DNA of 64,000 bases. Source: an uncultured Gemmatimonadales bacterium (GTDB lineage: Bacteria; Gemmatimonadota; Gemmatimonadetes; Longimicrobiales; Longimicrobiaceae). The notes under the pieces were generated by a model that had not been told where the DNA came from, searched no databases, and was given only the letters and a program-made list of their open reading frames with translations. Numbering within the stretch: the stretch's first letter is position 1; every line of letters starts with the position of its first letter. The translations under genes and the position numbers were made by a program. Shown one piece after another: positions 20,030 through 29,358 of the stretch. Location of the stretch: contig OY970303.1 in NCBI GenBank assembly GCA_963716255.1, positions 7,424,001 to 7,488,000 on the forward strand. The letters run 5' to 3'.

Positions 20030-20181
20030 TCCTCACCCGGCTCGCTTGAGGCTCGCCACCCTCTCCCTTCATACGGTTCACGTGAAGCGTGAAGCGCCAT
20101 TCTGGGAGAGGGGCAACTGCTTGAGCCGGTGTAGTTCTCCCCCTCTCCCGCTTGCGGGGGAGGGGGCCGGGGGGAGGGGGC
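20030..20181 (-). repeat. Palindromic repeat family R2 (modules A and B), with an insertion in the module B loop
   Basis: Reverse complement of the modules at 22969-23092. Confidence 0.85.
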
Positions 20182-20189
20182 CTGCCGTC

Positions 20190-20329
20190 GCGTGAGGGAT
20201 TCGCGCCCGGAGGGGCGAGACCGCGCGGCTGTTTGCGCGGGCTCGCCGGAGTTGCGCACGGTCGTATCGTGCGTTACTCCGCGCGAAGCCCGACCCCGGC
20301 GCCAGCCGGGGGCACGCCCGAACCCGCCG
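20190..20329 (-). repeat. Repeat family R1, inverted copy
   Basis: gcgtgagggattcg...cccggcgccagccgggggcacgcccgaacccgccg is the reverse complement of R1. Confidence 0.9.
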
Positions 20330-20365
20330 TGAATCCTTGAAGATACCTCCACCCACGCCGCCCTG

Positions 20366-21169
20366 TCACCCCACGCGGACGCCCAGGTTGATCACGCCCG
20401 CGTACCCGTCGCCGTCGCGCGTGGCCTGGAGCGTGAGCGCGCTCTTCTCGGCGGAGTTCAGGCTGTTGTAGATGCCGTCGCTGGTGTTGACGACGTTGCG
20501 GCGGCCCTTGCTGGCATAGGGGCTCTGCGCGTGCACCGTGTCGGTGAGCGTCTCGTCGAAGAAGAACTGCGACGTGAACTCGTAGGTGCGCGTGGTGCCG
20601 GCGAACAGGCGCAGCTTGAAGTGCACGTGCACGGCGCGACCGGAGTACCAGCCGGGGTACACGGAGGTGAAGTCGGCGACCCCGGCGGCGTCGGTGACCT
20701 GGTAGCCGCGCAGGAACTTGCGCCCGGCGCCGCCGCCGGACACGTCGGAGTAGGCGCCGGCGGCGTCGCAGTGCCACACGTCCAGGTACGCGCCGGTGAG
20801 TGGCGTGCAGGCGCTGCCGTCCACGCGCATGACGTTGAACTTGAGCTTGAGCAGCGTGCCGGCGGAAACGGCGCCGCTGGCCGGGTCGGAGCGGATGTCG
20901 GAGCGGTTCAGCTTCTCGTCCACGAAGTACGGGCCCTCGGTGAGCGCGGCCGTCTGCACGCACGAGGTGCCGGCGGAGCCGCCGGTGCCGGTGCCCGCCC
21001 CGGTGCCGGTCTCGCCGCCGACGGCGTCGGTGACGCCGTCGGCGCAGCTCACCAGCGCCTGCGACACCACCACGGTTGCGGCTCCGCGGGCCGCGAACCC
21101 CAGCAGGTCGCGGCGGCTGAGCCGGGTGCGCAGCGAGGAGGCGAGGCCGGGCTTGTCGTTGCTCTGCAT
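20366..21169 (-). CDS. Tat-exported intradiol ring-cleavage dioxygenase-like protein
   Basis: SRRDLL Tat motif, TEGPYF, DVWHCDAAGAYS, FLRGYQ, YPGWYSGRAVHVH. Confidence 0.88.
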   Translation of the reverse strand: MQSNDKPGLASSLRTRLSRRDLLGFAARGAATVVVSQALVSCADGVTDAVGGETGTGAGTGTGGSAGTSCVQTAALTEGPYFVDEKLNRSDIRSDPASGAVSAGTLLKLKFNVMRVDGSACTPLTGAYLDVWHCDAAGAYSDVSGGGAGRKFLRGYQVTDAAGVADFTSVYPGWYSGRAVHVHFKLRLFAGTTRTYEFTSQFFFDETLTDTVHAQSPYASKGRRNVVNTSDGIYNSLNSAEKSALTLQATRDGDGYAGVINLGVRVG

Positions 21170-21240
21170 GGGAGGGCTCCTGGATCGGGGTGTGCCGCGG
21201 CGGATCGGTCCGTGGGGGCCGCCGCCCGGCCCACTGCAAA

Positions 21241-21256
21241 AGCAACCCTCGTTCCC
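21241..21256 (-). promoter_or_regulatory. Putative sigma-54 (-24/-12) promoter for the dioxygenase-like gene
   Basis: Minus strand GGGAACGAGGGTTGCT fits TGGCACG-N4-TTGCW spacing. A sigma-54 activator is encoded nearby. Confidence 0.6.
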
Positions 21257-21310
21257 CGCCGTAAACCCTTGCGGCGCAACGTTTTTTCGTGTGCGGGCGG
21301 ATCCCCCGGC

Positions 21311-21349
21311 GTGCGGAATCCGCACCCGGGACTGCGGATTCCGCAGTCC
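21311..21349. promoter_or_regulatory. Tandem palindromic enhancer-like sites (TGCGGA-N-TCCGCA)
   Basis: gtgcggaatccgcac (21311-21325) and ggactgcggattccgcagtcc (21329-21349) lie between divergent genes. Confidence 0.65.
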
Positions 21350-21473
21350 TCCCCGCACGGCCGCCGTCCGGCTTCCCTTGCGGCGCAACGATTTGCGCGC
21401 GGCACGCGGGGTGCCCTGTGGATGGGGAGCGCGCGGGATCGTCCGGCGCGCGGGAGCCGCAGCGGAGACACGG

Positions 21474-22772
21474 ATGGAAAGGAGACTGGTACGGACCGCC
21501 GCCCGCCTCGGCTGGCTGGTGCCGACGCTCGCCCTGGCGGCGGCGCTGGTGGCTGGCTCGTGGGCCAACTACCGTGCGGTGCGCGCCGCGGTGGCCCCCC
21601 TGAACCGCGGCCAGGTGCAGCTGATCAGCGCGGCGCTGCGCGAGGAGTTCCACCCCTGGAACGCGGTGGACGCCGCGGCGCTGCGGCGCTTCCTGGACGC
21701 GAACGCGGCCACGGGGGTGCGCTACGTGGCGCTGTACGACCCCGGCCTGCCGGTGCTGAGCGCGGGGGAGCCCGCGGACGGCGGGGCGCCGGGCGGGGGC
21801 GACTCGCTGGCGGGCGCGCCGGAGCTGCTGGTGGACCTGGGCGGCCGCCTGCGCGCCACACTCCCCCGGCCGCCGCGGGGCGCGCGCACGCAGCAGGGAG
21901 GCCCCGGAGGTCCGGGCGGGGTGAGGGGTGAAGGAGGGCCCCCGGGGCCGGACCGCGGGCCGCAGTCGTACACGCTGGTCGAGTTCGAGCCGGTGGTGGC
22001 GAGCGCGCTGGTGTCGCGGGCCCGGAGCTCGCTGGCGCTGGCGTGCGCGGGAGCTGCGATCCTGACTCTGGCGGCGCTGGTCTTCTGGCGGTCTTCGGCG
22101 CGCTACGAGCGGGCGCGGCTGCGGCTGGAGGAGCAGAAGCGGCTCACGCAGTTGGGCGAGATGTCGGCGGTGATGGCGCACGAGATCCGCAACCCGCTGG
22201 CGTCGCTCAAGGGCAACGCGCAGCTCCTGGCGGAGCGGCTGGAGGAGGGGACGCGCGAGCGGCGGCGGGCGGACCGGGTGGTGGGCGAGGCGACGCGGCT
22301 GGAGGCGCTGACGGCGGACCTGCTGGACTTTGCCCGCACCGGCCCCATCGACCGGCGCCCGGCGGACCCGGCGGCACTGCTGCGCGCCGCCGCGGACGAG
22401 GCCACGGGGGGCGCGGCGGAGGTGGACGCGGGCGCGGCGCCGGAGCGCTGGCCGCTGGACGCGGCGCGGATCCGGCAGGCGCTGGTGAACCTGCTGCGCA
22501 ACGCGGCCCAGGTGACGCCCGCGGGGCGGCCGCCGGTGGCGCGGGTCGCGCGGGAGGGAGGGGGGCTGGTGTTCACGGTGCGCGACTTCGGCCCGGGACT
22601 GGCGGCGGGGGAGCGGGAGCGCATCTTCGATCCGTTCTACACCACGCGCACCACCGGCACGGGGCTGGGGCTCCCGGTGGCCCGCCGCGTGGCCGAGATG
22701 CACGGCGGCACGCTGGACGCGGACAACCACCCGGACGGCGGCGCGGTTTTTCGCATCGTTCTGCCGCCGTGA
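21474..22772 (+). CDS. Membrane sensor histidine kinase (NtrB/ZraS-like)
   Basis: Two TM segments, MAHEIRNPL, NLLRNA, DFGPG, FYTT, GTGLGL. Confidence 0.9.
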   Translation: MERRLVRTAARLGWLVPTLALAAALVAGSWANYRAVRAAVAPLNRGQVQLISAALREEFHPWNAVDAAALRRFLDANAATGVRYVALYDPGLPVLSAGEPADGGAPGGGDSLAGAPELLVDLGGRLRATLPRPPRGARTQQGGPGGPGGVRGEGGPPGPDRGPQSYTLVEFEPVVASALVSRARSSLALACAGAAILTLAALVFWRSSARYERARLRLEEQKRLTQLGEMSAVMAHEIRNPLASLKGNAQLLAERLEEGTRERRRADRVVGEATRLEALTADLLDFARTGPIDRRPADPAALLRAAADEATGGAAEVDAGAAPERWPLDAARIRQALVNLLRNAAQVTPAGRPPVARVAREGGGLVFTVRDFGPGLAAGERERIFDPFYTTRTTGTGLGLPVARRVAEMHGGTLDADNHPDGGAVFRIVLPP

Positions 22773-22801
22773 CGGGACGGCACGTTGAACGACTTTGAAG
22801 T

Positions 22802-22943
22802 GCGGGTTCGGGCGTGCCCCCGGCGGGGCGCCGGGGTCGGGCTTCGGCTCCGTAACGCACGAAACGACCGTGCGTAACGGAGTCGAGCCCCGGCGGAAAC
22901 AGCCCCGCCGGGTCTCGCCCCTTCGGGCCGAAATCCCTCACGC
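22802..22943 (+). repeat. Repeat family R1 copy
   Basis: Full-length match to R1. Confidence 0.9.
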
Positions 22944-22968
22944 GGGGTTCGTGCTGGCGTCGGCTGGG

Positions 22969-23092
22969 GCCCCCTCCCCCCGGCCCCCTCCCCCGCAAGC
23001 GGGAGAGGGGGAGCACGGCATTGAACCCGCAGTTGGCCCCCTCTCCCAGAATTGGGAGAGGGTGGCGAGCCTCAAGCGAGCCGGGTGAGGGC
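22969..23092 (+). repeat. Palindromic repeat family R2 (module A ccccctcccccggccccctcccccgcaagcgggagaggggg; module B ccctctcccagaattgggagagggtggcgagcctcaagcgagccgggtgaggg)
   Basis: Both modules contain strong hairpins and recur at about 20030-20181, 30646-30690 and inside the NRPS genes. Confidence 0.85.
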
Positions 23093-23104
23093 CGTTGTCG
23101 CAGG

Positions 23105-23139
23105 CTGTTCCCTATTCCCTGTCCCCTGTTCCCTGGTTT
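23105..23139 (+). repeat. Imperfect heptamer tandem repeat (CTGTTCC-like x5)
   Basis: ctgttcc ctattcc ctgtccc ctgttcc ctggttt directly before ATG 23143. Confidence 0.7.
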
Positions 23140-23142
23140 TCT

Positions 23143-24494
23143 ATGGCGCACGTGCTGGTCGTCGACGACGAGGTGGGGATCCGCGAGTTCATCGCGGACG
23201 CGCTGGAGGACGACGGGCACGAGACCGTGCAGGCGGCGGACGGGCTGGCGGCGCTGCACCACCTGCACGCCCGCGCCTTCGACCTGCTGGTGACCGACCT
23301 GCGCATGCCGGGCGCGCTGGACGGCATGGACCTGGTGCGCAAGGCGCGCGCGGAGCTCCCGGAGATGGAGATCATCGTCCTCACCGCCTACGGCACGGTG
23401 GAGGCGGCGGTGGAGGCGATGAAGCTGGGCGCCTTCGACTTTCTCCAGAAGCCGGTGGGGAGCCCGGCGGAGCTGCGCCTGCTGGTGGGGCGCGCGCTGG
23501 AGCGGCGCCGCCTGCTGGCCTTCCGCGACGCGGCGGAGCGCGACGCGGGCGGGATCCCGCCGCTCACCTACGGCGACCCGGTGATGGCGCCGGTGGTGCG
23601 CGCGCTGGAAAAGGTGGCGCCCACCAACGCCACGGTGCTGCTGACCGGGGAGAGCGGCACCGGCAAGGAGGTGGCCGCGCGGACGGTGCACCGCCTGAGC
23701 CGGCGGGCGTCCGGCCCGTTCGTGGCCGTGAACTGCGCGGCCATCTCGGAAACGCTGATGGAGAGCGAGGTGTTCGGGCACGAGAAGGGGGCGTTCACCG
23801 GGGCGACGGCGGCGCGCCGGGGCCGCCTGGAGCTGGCGGACGGGGGGACGCTCTTCCTGGACGAGATCGGCGAATTGAAGCCGGAGCTGCAGGCCAAGCT
23901 GCTGCGGGTGATCCAGGACCGCCGCTTCGAGCGGGTGGGCGGCACGCGCACGCTGGAGGTGGACGTGCGCTGGGTGGCCGCCACCAACCGCGACCTGGAG
24001 GCGATGGTGCGCGCCGGGGAGTTCCGCGAGGACCTGTTCCACCGGCTCGCCGTGTTCCCCATCCGCCTCCCCCCGCTGCGCGAGCGCCGGCAGGACCTGC
24101 TCCCCGTGGCGGAGGCGCTGCTCGCCCGCGTGGGCGCCGACCTGGGGCGCCCGCCGCTGCGCCTGGACGCGGAGGCCGCCGCGGCGATCGCGGCCGCGCG
24201 CTGGCCGGGCAACGTGCGCGAGCTGGCCAACGCCCTGGAGCGCGCCGCCATCCTCGCCGAGGGCGACACGCTGCGCGCGCGCGACCTGGCGCTGCCGCCC
24301 ACGGGCGCGGGCCTCGGCACGGGCGCCGGGGCGGACCCGGGCGACGGCGGAAGGGGAACGATGGAGGAGCTGGAGCGCGACGCGATCCGGAGGACGCTGC
24401 GCGAGGTGGGGGGAACCGGCGGCTGGCGGCGGAGCGGCTGGGGATCGGGGTGCGGACGCTGTACGAGAAGCTGAAGCGCTACGGGATCGAGTGA
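23143..24494 (+). CDS. Sigma-54-dependent response regulator (NtrC family), frameshifted in the C-terminal HTH
   Basis: Receiver [33 protein letters not shown]. The [28 protein letters not shown] is in another frame after a G6 run at 24408-24413. Confidence 0.88.
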
Positions 24495-24648
24495 CGCGCA
24501 AGAGGCGGGGCAGGTCCGGTTCGGATCTCGGGACGGCATCCGTCGGGTGAGACGTGCGCGTTGGCGGCTTGCCAGGATATTCCTTTCGTAGCCGGAACGG
24601 CGCGTCCATATTGCGGATGGCCGCACCGCGGCAGGTCAATCTCCGGCA

Positions 24649-26925
24649 ATGTCGAACGACGAGCGTATGGGCGAGACTCCAACCCGGATCGACGCAGAAA
24701 AGGTCGTCGCCGTCTCCAATCAGCAGATCGGCGGCGATGCCAACTTCTACCTCGCTGAAGGCGGGTCTCAGCGGATTCCGGTGCACAAGCCCCCGCGGAA
24801 CCTGCCCGAGCGGCAGAAGACCTTCGCGGGGCGCGAGGCGGAGCTGCTGGAGCTGCACCAGGAGCTGAGCGCCAACGCCGACGTAGGGATCACTCAGCAG
24901 ACCGCCGTGCATGGGCACGGCGGGGTGGGGAAGACCTCCGTCGCGACGGAGTACGGCTGGCGCCACCTGGCGGACTACCCGGGCGGCGTCTTCTTTCTTT
25001 CGTGCGAGGCGTCTCCCGGCGCGCCGCGGCTGGAGGAGCTGGCGCCGCACCTGGGGCTCCCCGCGCTGGGGACACCGGAAGAGACGGCGCAGCGGGTGCG
25101 TGCACAGCTGGAGACGGGCGAGGCGTCGCTTCTCATCCTGGACAACGTGAGCGGCCCCGAGGAGTGCCGCACGGACGACTGGAGGCGGGTGCTCCCCGTC
25201 GGGGCATGCCGGCGGTTGATGACTACGCGGGCGGAGAAGTTGCCAGACGTACAAATGTACCGGCTCCAGCGGCTCAGCCGCGAGGACGGAGTGAAGCTCC
25301 TCGCCCGATACCGCGCGGACGTGGCGCAGGAAGAAGCGCTCGCCGCCCGGATCGTGGAGTGGTTCGATGGGCTCGCGGTGGGGCTTACGGTCGTGGGTGT
25401 GTACATGCAGATGCACCTAAGCCTGTCATGGCAGCGGTACGTCGACAGCCTGGAGAAGAAGGGGCTCGGGGCCGTGCGGGGGACGGAGGCCGCCGTAGGT
25501 CGGTTGCTGCGCTACCGGCAGCGGGTGGACGCGGTGTTCGACGACGTGCTGGATTCGCTGCCGGCGGAGGAGAGGCGGGCCCTGGAGTACGCTGCGCTCC
25601 TGCCGGAGGACAACGTGTACGCTCCGTGGCTCGTCGAGCTGTTGGACGAGGAGGGTGTCGAGGCCCCGGAGCTGCCCGGTTACGAAGGGCGCAGCGGGGA
25701 GCGAGCCGTGGAAGCGCTCGTCGACCGGCAGCTTCTGCGGCCTCGCGGCGAAGGCGATGTCGTGCTCGGGCTGCACCGTGTACTTCGCGGGAGGGCGGGA
25801 GAACGGCTTCTCGCACAGGATCTCCGTGATGGTGCAATCGACCGCCTCGTAGCACTTGCGGAACGCCGCGGAAGCGGGTCGCACGCAGCGCTCACGGTAG
25901 TCGCGCTTCGCGGAGAACTGACGCCGCTCGCATCCCTCGCGCGGGAATTCGCCGTCCTCGGCCGGGTGGATGCCGGGGTGAGCCTGGCAAACTGGATCGC
26001 GGCTCCACTGCGCGAGATGGGGCGCTACAGGGAAGCGCGGGATTTGCTTGCAGACCTGGAAGGAGCCGGTGCGCTGGAAGTAGTGTCAGATGGCGAAACT
26101 GCAATTTTCCATTCCAATCTGGCTGGGATCCTCAAGGAGCTGGGGGAGCTGAAGGAGGCGCGGGGGCGGATGGAACGGGCCGTCCAGATCGGCGAGCGCA
26201 ACTTCCCGGAGGACCACCCCTCGCTGGCGACACGCTACTCCAATCTGGCTCTGATCCTCAAGGACCTGGGGGAGCTGAAGGAGGCGCGGGAGCGGATGGA
26301 ACGGGCAGTCCGGATCGGCGAGCGCAACTTCCCGGAGGACCACCCCTCGCTGGCGACGAGCTATTCCAATCTGGCTCTGATCCTCAAGGACCTGGGGGAG
26401 CTGAAGGAGGCGCGGGAGCGGATGGAGCGTGCAGTTCAGATCGGCGAGCGCAACTTCCCGGAGGACCACCCCTCGCTGGCGACGAGCTATTCCAATCTGG
26501 CATTGATCCTCAAGGACCTGGGGGAGCTGAAGGAGGCGCGGGAGCGGATGGAACGTGCCGTCCAGATCGACGAGCGCAACTTCCCGGAGGACCACCCCTC
26601 GCTGGCGACGATCTATTCCAATCTGGCATTGATCCTCCAGGAACTGGGGGAGCTGAAGGAGGCGCGGGAGCGGATGGAACGTGCAGTCCAGATCGACGAG
26701 CGCAACTTCCCGGAGGACCACCCGTCGCTGGCGACGAACTACAACAACCTCGCGCATATCGAGTGGGAGCTCGGCCGCACGGACGTAGCCTGCACACTCT
26801 TTCAGCGTTCGCGAGCCATACTCCTGAAGCACTTCAAACCCGACCACCGATACATCGCGTCGGTTTCTGCCTCGATCCAGAAAGTTTGCGGCAACGGCGG
26901 CACATCTCCGGACGTATCGCCCTGA
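24649..26925 (+). CDS. NLR-like protein: short N-terminal motif, NB-ARC/STAND NTPase and TPR repeats
   Basis: PRNLP...FAGREAEL, Walker A GHGGVGKT, Walker B LLILDNV, LMTTR, then 42-aa TPR repeats. No enzymatic N-terminal effector domain. Confidence 0.92.
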   Translation: MSNDERMGETPTRIDAEKVVAVSNQQIGGDANFYLAEGGSQRIPVHKPPRNLPERQKTFAGREAELLELHQELSANADVGITQQTAVHGHGGVGKTSVATEYGWRHLADYPGGVFFLSCEASPGAPRLEELAPHLGLPALGTPEETAQRVRAQLETGEASLLILDNVSGPEECRTDDWRRVLPVGACRRLMTTRAEKLPDVQMYRLQRLSREDGVKLLARYRADVAQEEALAARIVEWFDGLAVGLTVVGVYMQMHLSLSWQRYVDSLEKKGLGAVRGTEAAVGRLLRYRQRVDAVFDDVLDSLPAEERRALEYAALLPEDNVYAPWLVELLDEEGVEAPELPGYEGRSGERAVEALVDRQLLRPRGEGDVVLGLHRVLRGRAGERLLAQDLRDGAIDRLVALAERRGSGSHAALTVVALRGELTPLASLAREFAVLGRVDAGVSLANWIAAPLREMGRYREARDLLADLEGAGALEVVSDGETAIFHSNLAGILKELGELKEARGRMERAVQIGERNFPEDHPSLATRYSNLALILKDLGELKEARERMERAVRIGERNFPEDHPSLATSYSNLALILKDLGELKEARERMERAVQIGERNFPEDHPSLATSYSNLALILKDLGELKEARERMERAVQIDERNFPEDHPSLATIYSNLALILQELGELKEARERMERAVQIDERNFPEDHPSLATNYNNLAHIEWELGRTDVACTLFQRSRAILLKHFKPDHRYIASVSASIQKVCGNGGTSPDVSP
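26113..26742 (+). repeat. Five near-identical 126-bp tandem repeats encoding TPRs
   Basis: tccaatctggc... starts at 26113, 26239, 26365, 26491 and 26617; a diverged sixth unit starts at 26743. Confidence 0.95.
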
Positions 26926-26971
26926 CGCCACGGATCGGGGTTGCACTCGAACTCAGAATGGAGGTGAAGTG

Positions 26972-27307
26972 ATGGACCCGATTGTACTCGCAACGATCAC
27001 CTCCGGGGTGACGGTCCTCGCCACGGAGGCCGGCAAGGGGCTGGCCGGCGAGGTGGGAAAGGACGCCTGGACCCGCATCAAGTCCGTCCTCGGCTTCAAG
27101 TCCGATCCGCCCGCCGGGGCACTGGCGCCGGCTATCGCCGAGCGGCTGGTGAACGACGACGCGGCCGCGCGCGAGGTGCTCAGGCTACTCCGCGAGAACG
27201 GGGGCGATTCGAGCGGCGCGGCGGCCATCGTCGGGCAGGTCAACGCCGACCGCGTGATCGTCATCGGGAAGCAGGAGATCGCGGGCGACTTCAACCTCAA
27301 CATGTAG
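26972..27307 (+). CDS. Small Bell-like (HeLo-like) putative effector with C-terminal amyloid-like motif
   Basis: GGAGG RBS. MDPIVLATITSGVTVLATEAGKGLAGEVGKDAWTRIKSVL helical N-terminus. The C-terminus matches the N-terminus of the adjacent NLR. Confidence 0.75.
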   Translation: MDPIVLATITSGVTVLATEAGKGLAGEVGKDAWTRIKSVLGFKSDPPAGALAPAIAERLVNDDAAAREVLRLLRENGGDSSGAAAIVGQVNADRVIVIGKQEIAGDFNLNM

Positions 27308-27332
27308 CGCGTCGTTCGCGGCACCGGACCGC

Positions 27333-29294
27333 CTATGCTGACGCGGTCGCCGCCCCGTCCTCCGCGCCGCGCGTCCCGCCATTGCCGTTGCCGCCATCGG
27401 AGGCGGGGAGCCACAGGGTGAACCGCGACCCCTCGCCCGGCGTGCTCTGCAAGGTCAGCTCGCCGCCCATGGAGCGCGCCAGGCGCAGGCTGATCGCCAG
27501 CCCCAGCCCCGTCCCCCCGTGGCGGCGCGTGTAGCCGCTCTCCACCTGGATGAACGGCTCGAAGATCCGCTCCCGCTCCTCCGGCCGGATCCCGATCCCC
27601 GTGTCCTCCACCGTCACGCACGTCCACCGCCCCGGCACGGAGCCCCCGTCCACCTCGCCCTCGCAGCGGGAGCAGGCGATGGACACCCGGCCCCCCGGCT
27701 GCGTGAACTTGACCGCGTTGGAAAGCAGGTTGACGAGCACCTGGTCCACCCGCTGCGGGTCGCCCTCGTACGTCAGCCCCGGGGCGCCGTCGCACGCCGC
27801 GCTCACCTCGATGCCGCGCTCCGCCGCCTGGGGGCGCAGCACCGTGAGCGCCGTTTCCACCGCGTCCGCCACCGATGCCGTGCGCCGCTCCACCTGCAGC
27901 ACGTCCGATTCGATGCGCGCGAAGTCCAGCACCTGGTCCACCAGGCCGATCAGGTGGCGGCCGCTGGCGCGGATCCGCCCCAGCTGCTGCCGCTGCCCGT
28001 CCGTCAGCGGCCCCGCGATCCCCAGCTCCAGCAGGTCCGTGTAGCCCACGATGGCGTTGATGGGCGTGCGGATCTCGTGCGACATGGTGGCCAGGAAGCC
28101 GCTCTTGGCGCGGTTCGCCGTTTCCGCCTCGTAGCGCGCCAGGTCCGCCTCGCCGATGGCCGCTTCCAGGTGCTCGTTGGCCTGCTCCAGCTCCCCCGCG
28201 AGCGACTGCGCCGCGTCGTACTGCTCCGTCAGCTCGCGGTGCGTGGTCCGCACCTGGTCCGCCATGCGGTTGAAGCTGTCGGCCAGGACGCCCAGCTCGT
28301 CCGTGCGGCGCAGCTCGATGCGGCGCCCGTAGTCGCCGCGGGCGATGGCTTCCGCGGCGCGCCGCAGGTCTCGGAGCGGTCGGGTGATGCCGCGGCTCAG
28401 CGCCCAGGCGCCCAGCGCCCCCGCCAGGCTGAGCGCCAGCGCCGCCAGCGCGCTGCGGCGCAGGAAGGTGTCGGGGCGCGCCAGCACCGTGCCCACCGGC
28501 TGCTCCGCGACCACGCTCCAGGGCGTGCGGGGGATCGCCGTCGCATGGGCGAAGTGCTCGCCTCCGCTCCCGCGCCGCCCGTACCGGGCCGCCCCCGCGA
28601 AGGGCCATGGGTCCGGGGCCGGCGTCAAGGTGCCGTCGAGCGCCACCCACCTGCCCCCGGCCGCGTTGGCGAAGAACAGGGTGATGCCGCGCCCGAGCAG
28701 CGCCTCCACCTGCCGCGCCGAGTTCGCACCGCCGATGGGCCGGAGCTCGGCCACGTACCCCGCGGCGGCGCCGCCCCGGCGAATGGGGACGGCGACCCAG
28801 AAGTAGGCGCGCGGACCGGCGGTGACGAACGGACCCACCCCGGCCGCGCCGGGGAGCACGTCCGGCGCCCGGGCGCTCGCGGGGACCGCGGAATCGCCCA
28901 CGGTGAGGAGCGGGGCGCGGTCCGGCGTCCAGATCTCGATGGTGCCCGCCGGCAACCCGGGGGTCCGGAGGCGCAGGAGGGCCATCTCCGCCGCGGGCCG
29001 GGTCGCCCCGGAGGGAGCGGCCAGGTAGGCCAGGACGGCGGGGTCGCGGCCGACGTCGGCCATGTTCGCCAGCCGCTGGGCGAGGGCGGGGCCCACCGTG
29101 GCGGCGGCGAGCTGCTCGGAGACCGCCTCCAGCCGCTCCAGCGCCGTCTCGACCGAGGCCTGCTTCACCTCCACGTACGCCGAGGCGGCCCCCGCGGCCA
29201 TGATCGCCACCAGCAGGGCGGTGATCAGGAGCGGCAGCTTGCGCTCCAGGGAAAGTCCGCCGCGGCGGGCGCCTGTAGAGGGGGGAGAGCTCAT
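27333..29294 (-). CDS. HAMP-domain sensor histidine kinase
   Basis: Two TM segments, HAMP ITRPL...DELGVLADSFNRM, MSHEIRTPI, NLLSNAVKFT, DTGIG, GTGLGL. Confidence 0.92.
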   Translation of the reverse strand: MSSPPSTGARRGGLSLERKLPLLITALLVAIMAAGAASAYVEVKQASVETALERLEAVSEQLAAATVGPALAQRLANMADVGRDPAVLAYLAAPSGATRPAAEMALLRLRTPGLPAGTIEIWTPDRAPLLTVGDSAVPASARAPDVLPGAAGVGPFVTAGPRAYFWVAVPIRRGGAAAGYVAELRPIGGANSARQVEALLGRGITLFFANAAGGRWVALDGTLTPAPDPWPFAGAARYGRRGSGGEHFAHATAIPRTPWSVVAEQPVGTVLARPDTFLRRSALAALALSLAGALGAWALSRGITRPLRDLRRAAEAIARGDYGRRIELRRTDELGVLADSFNRMADQVRTTHRELTEQYDAAQSLAGELEQANEHLEAAIGEADLARYEAETANRAKSGFLATMSHEIRTPINAIVGYTDLLELGIAGPLTDGQRQQLGRIRASGRHLIGLVDQVLDFARIESDVLQVERRTASVADAVETALTVLRPQAAERGIEVSAACDGAPGLTYEGDPQRVDQVLVNLLSNAVKFTQPGGRVSIACSRCEGEVDGGSVPGRWTCVTVEDTGIGIRPEERERIFEPFIQVESGYTRRHGGTGLGLAISLRLARSMGGELTLQSTPGEGSRFTLWLPASDGGNGNGGTRGAEDGAATASA

Positions 29295-29358
29295 GGCCGG
29301 AAGGTGACCTGGAATGGGGGAGCGCACAAGCCCCGGCGCCAACCATGCGCGCGCCGGC

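Noticed and set aside
26113..26742. Regular tandem repeats as a possible CRISPR array
   Set aside because: The 126-bp units have no unique spacers, encode in-frame TPRs, and no cas genes are present.
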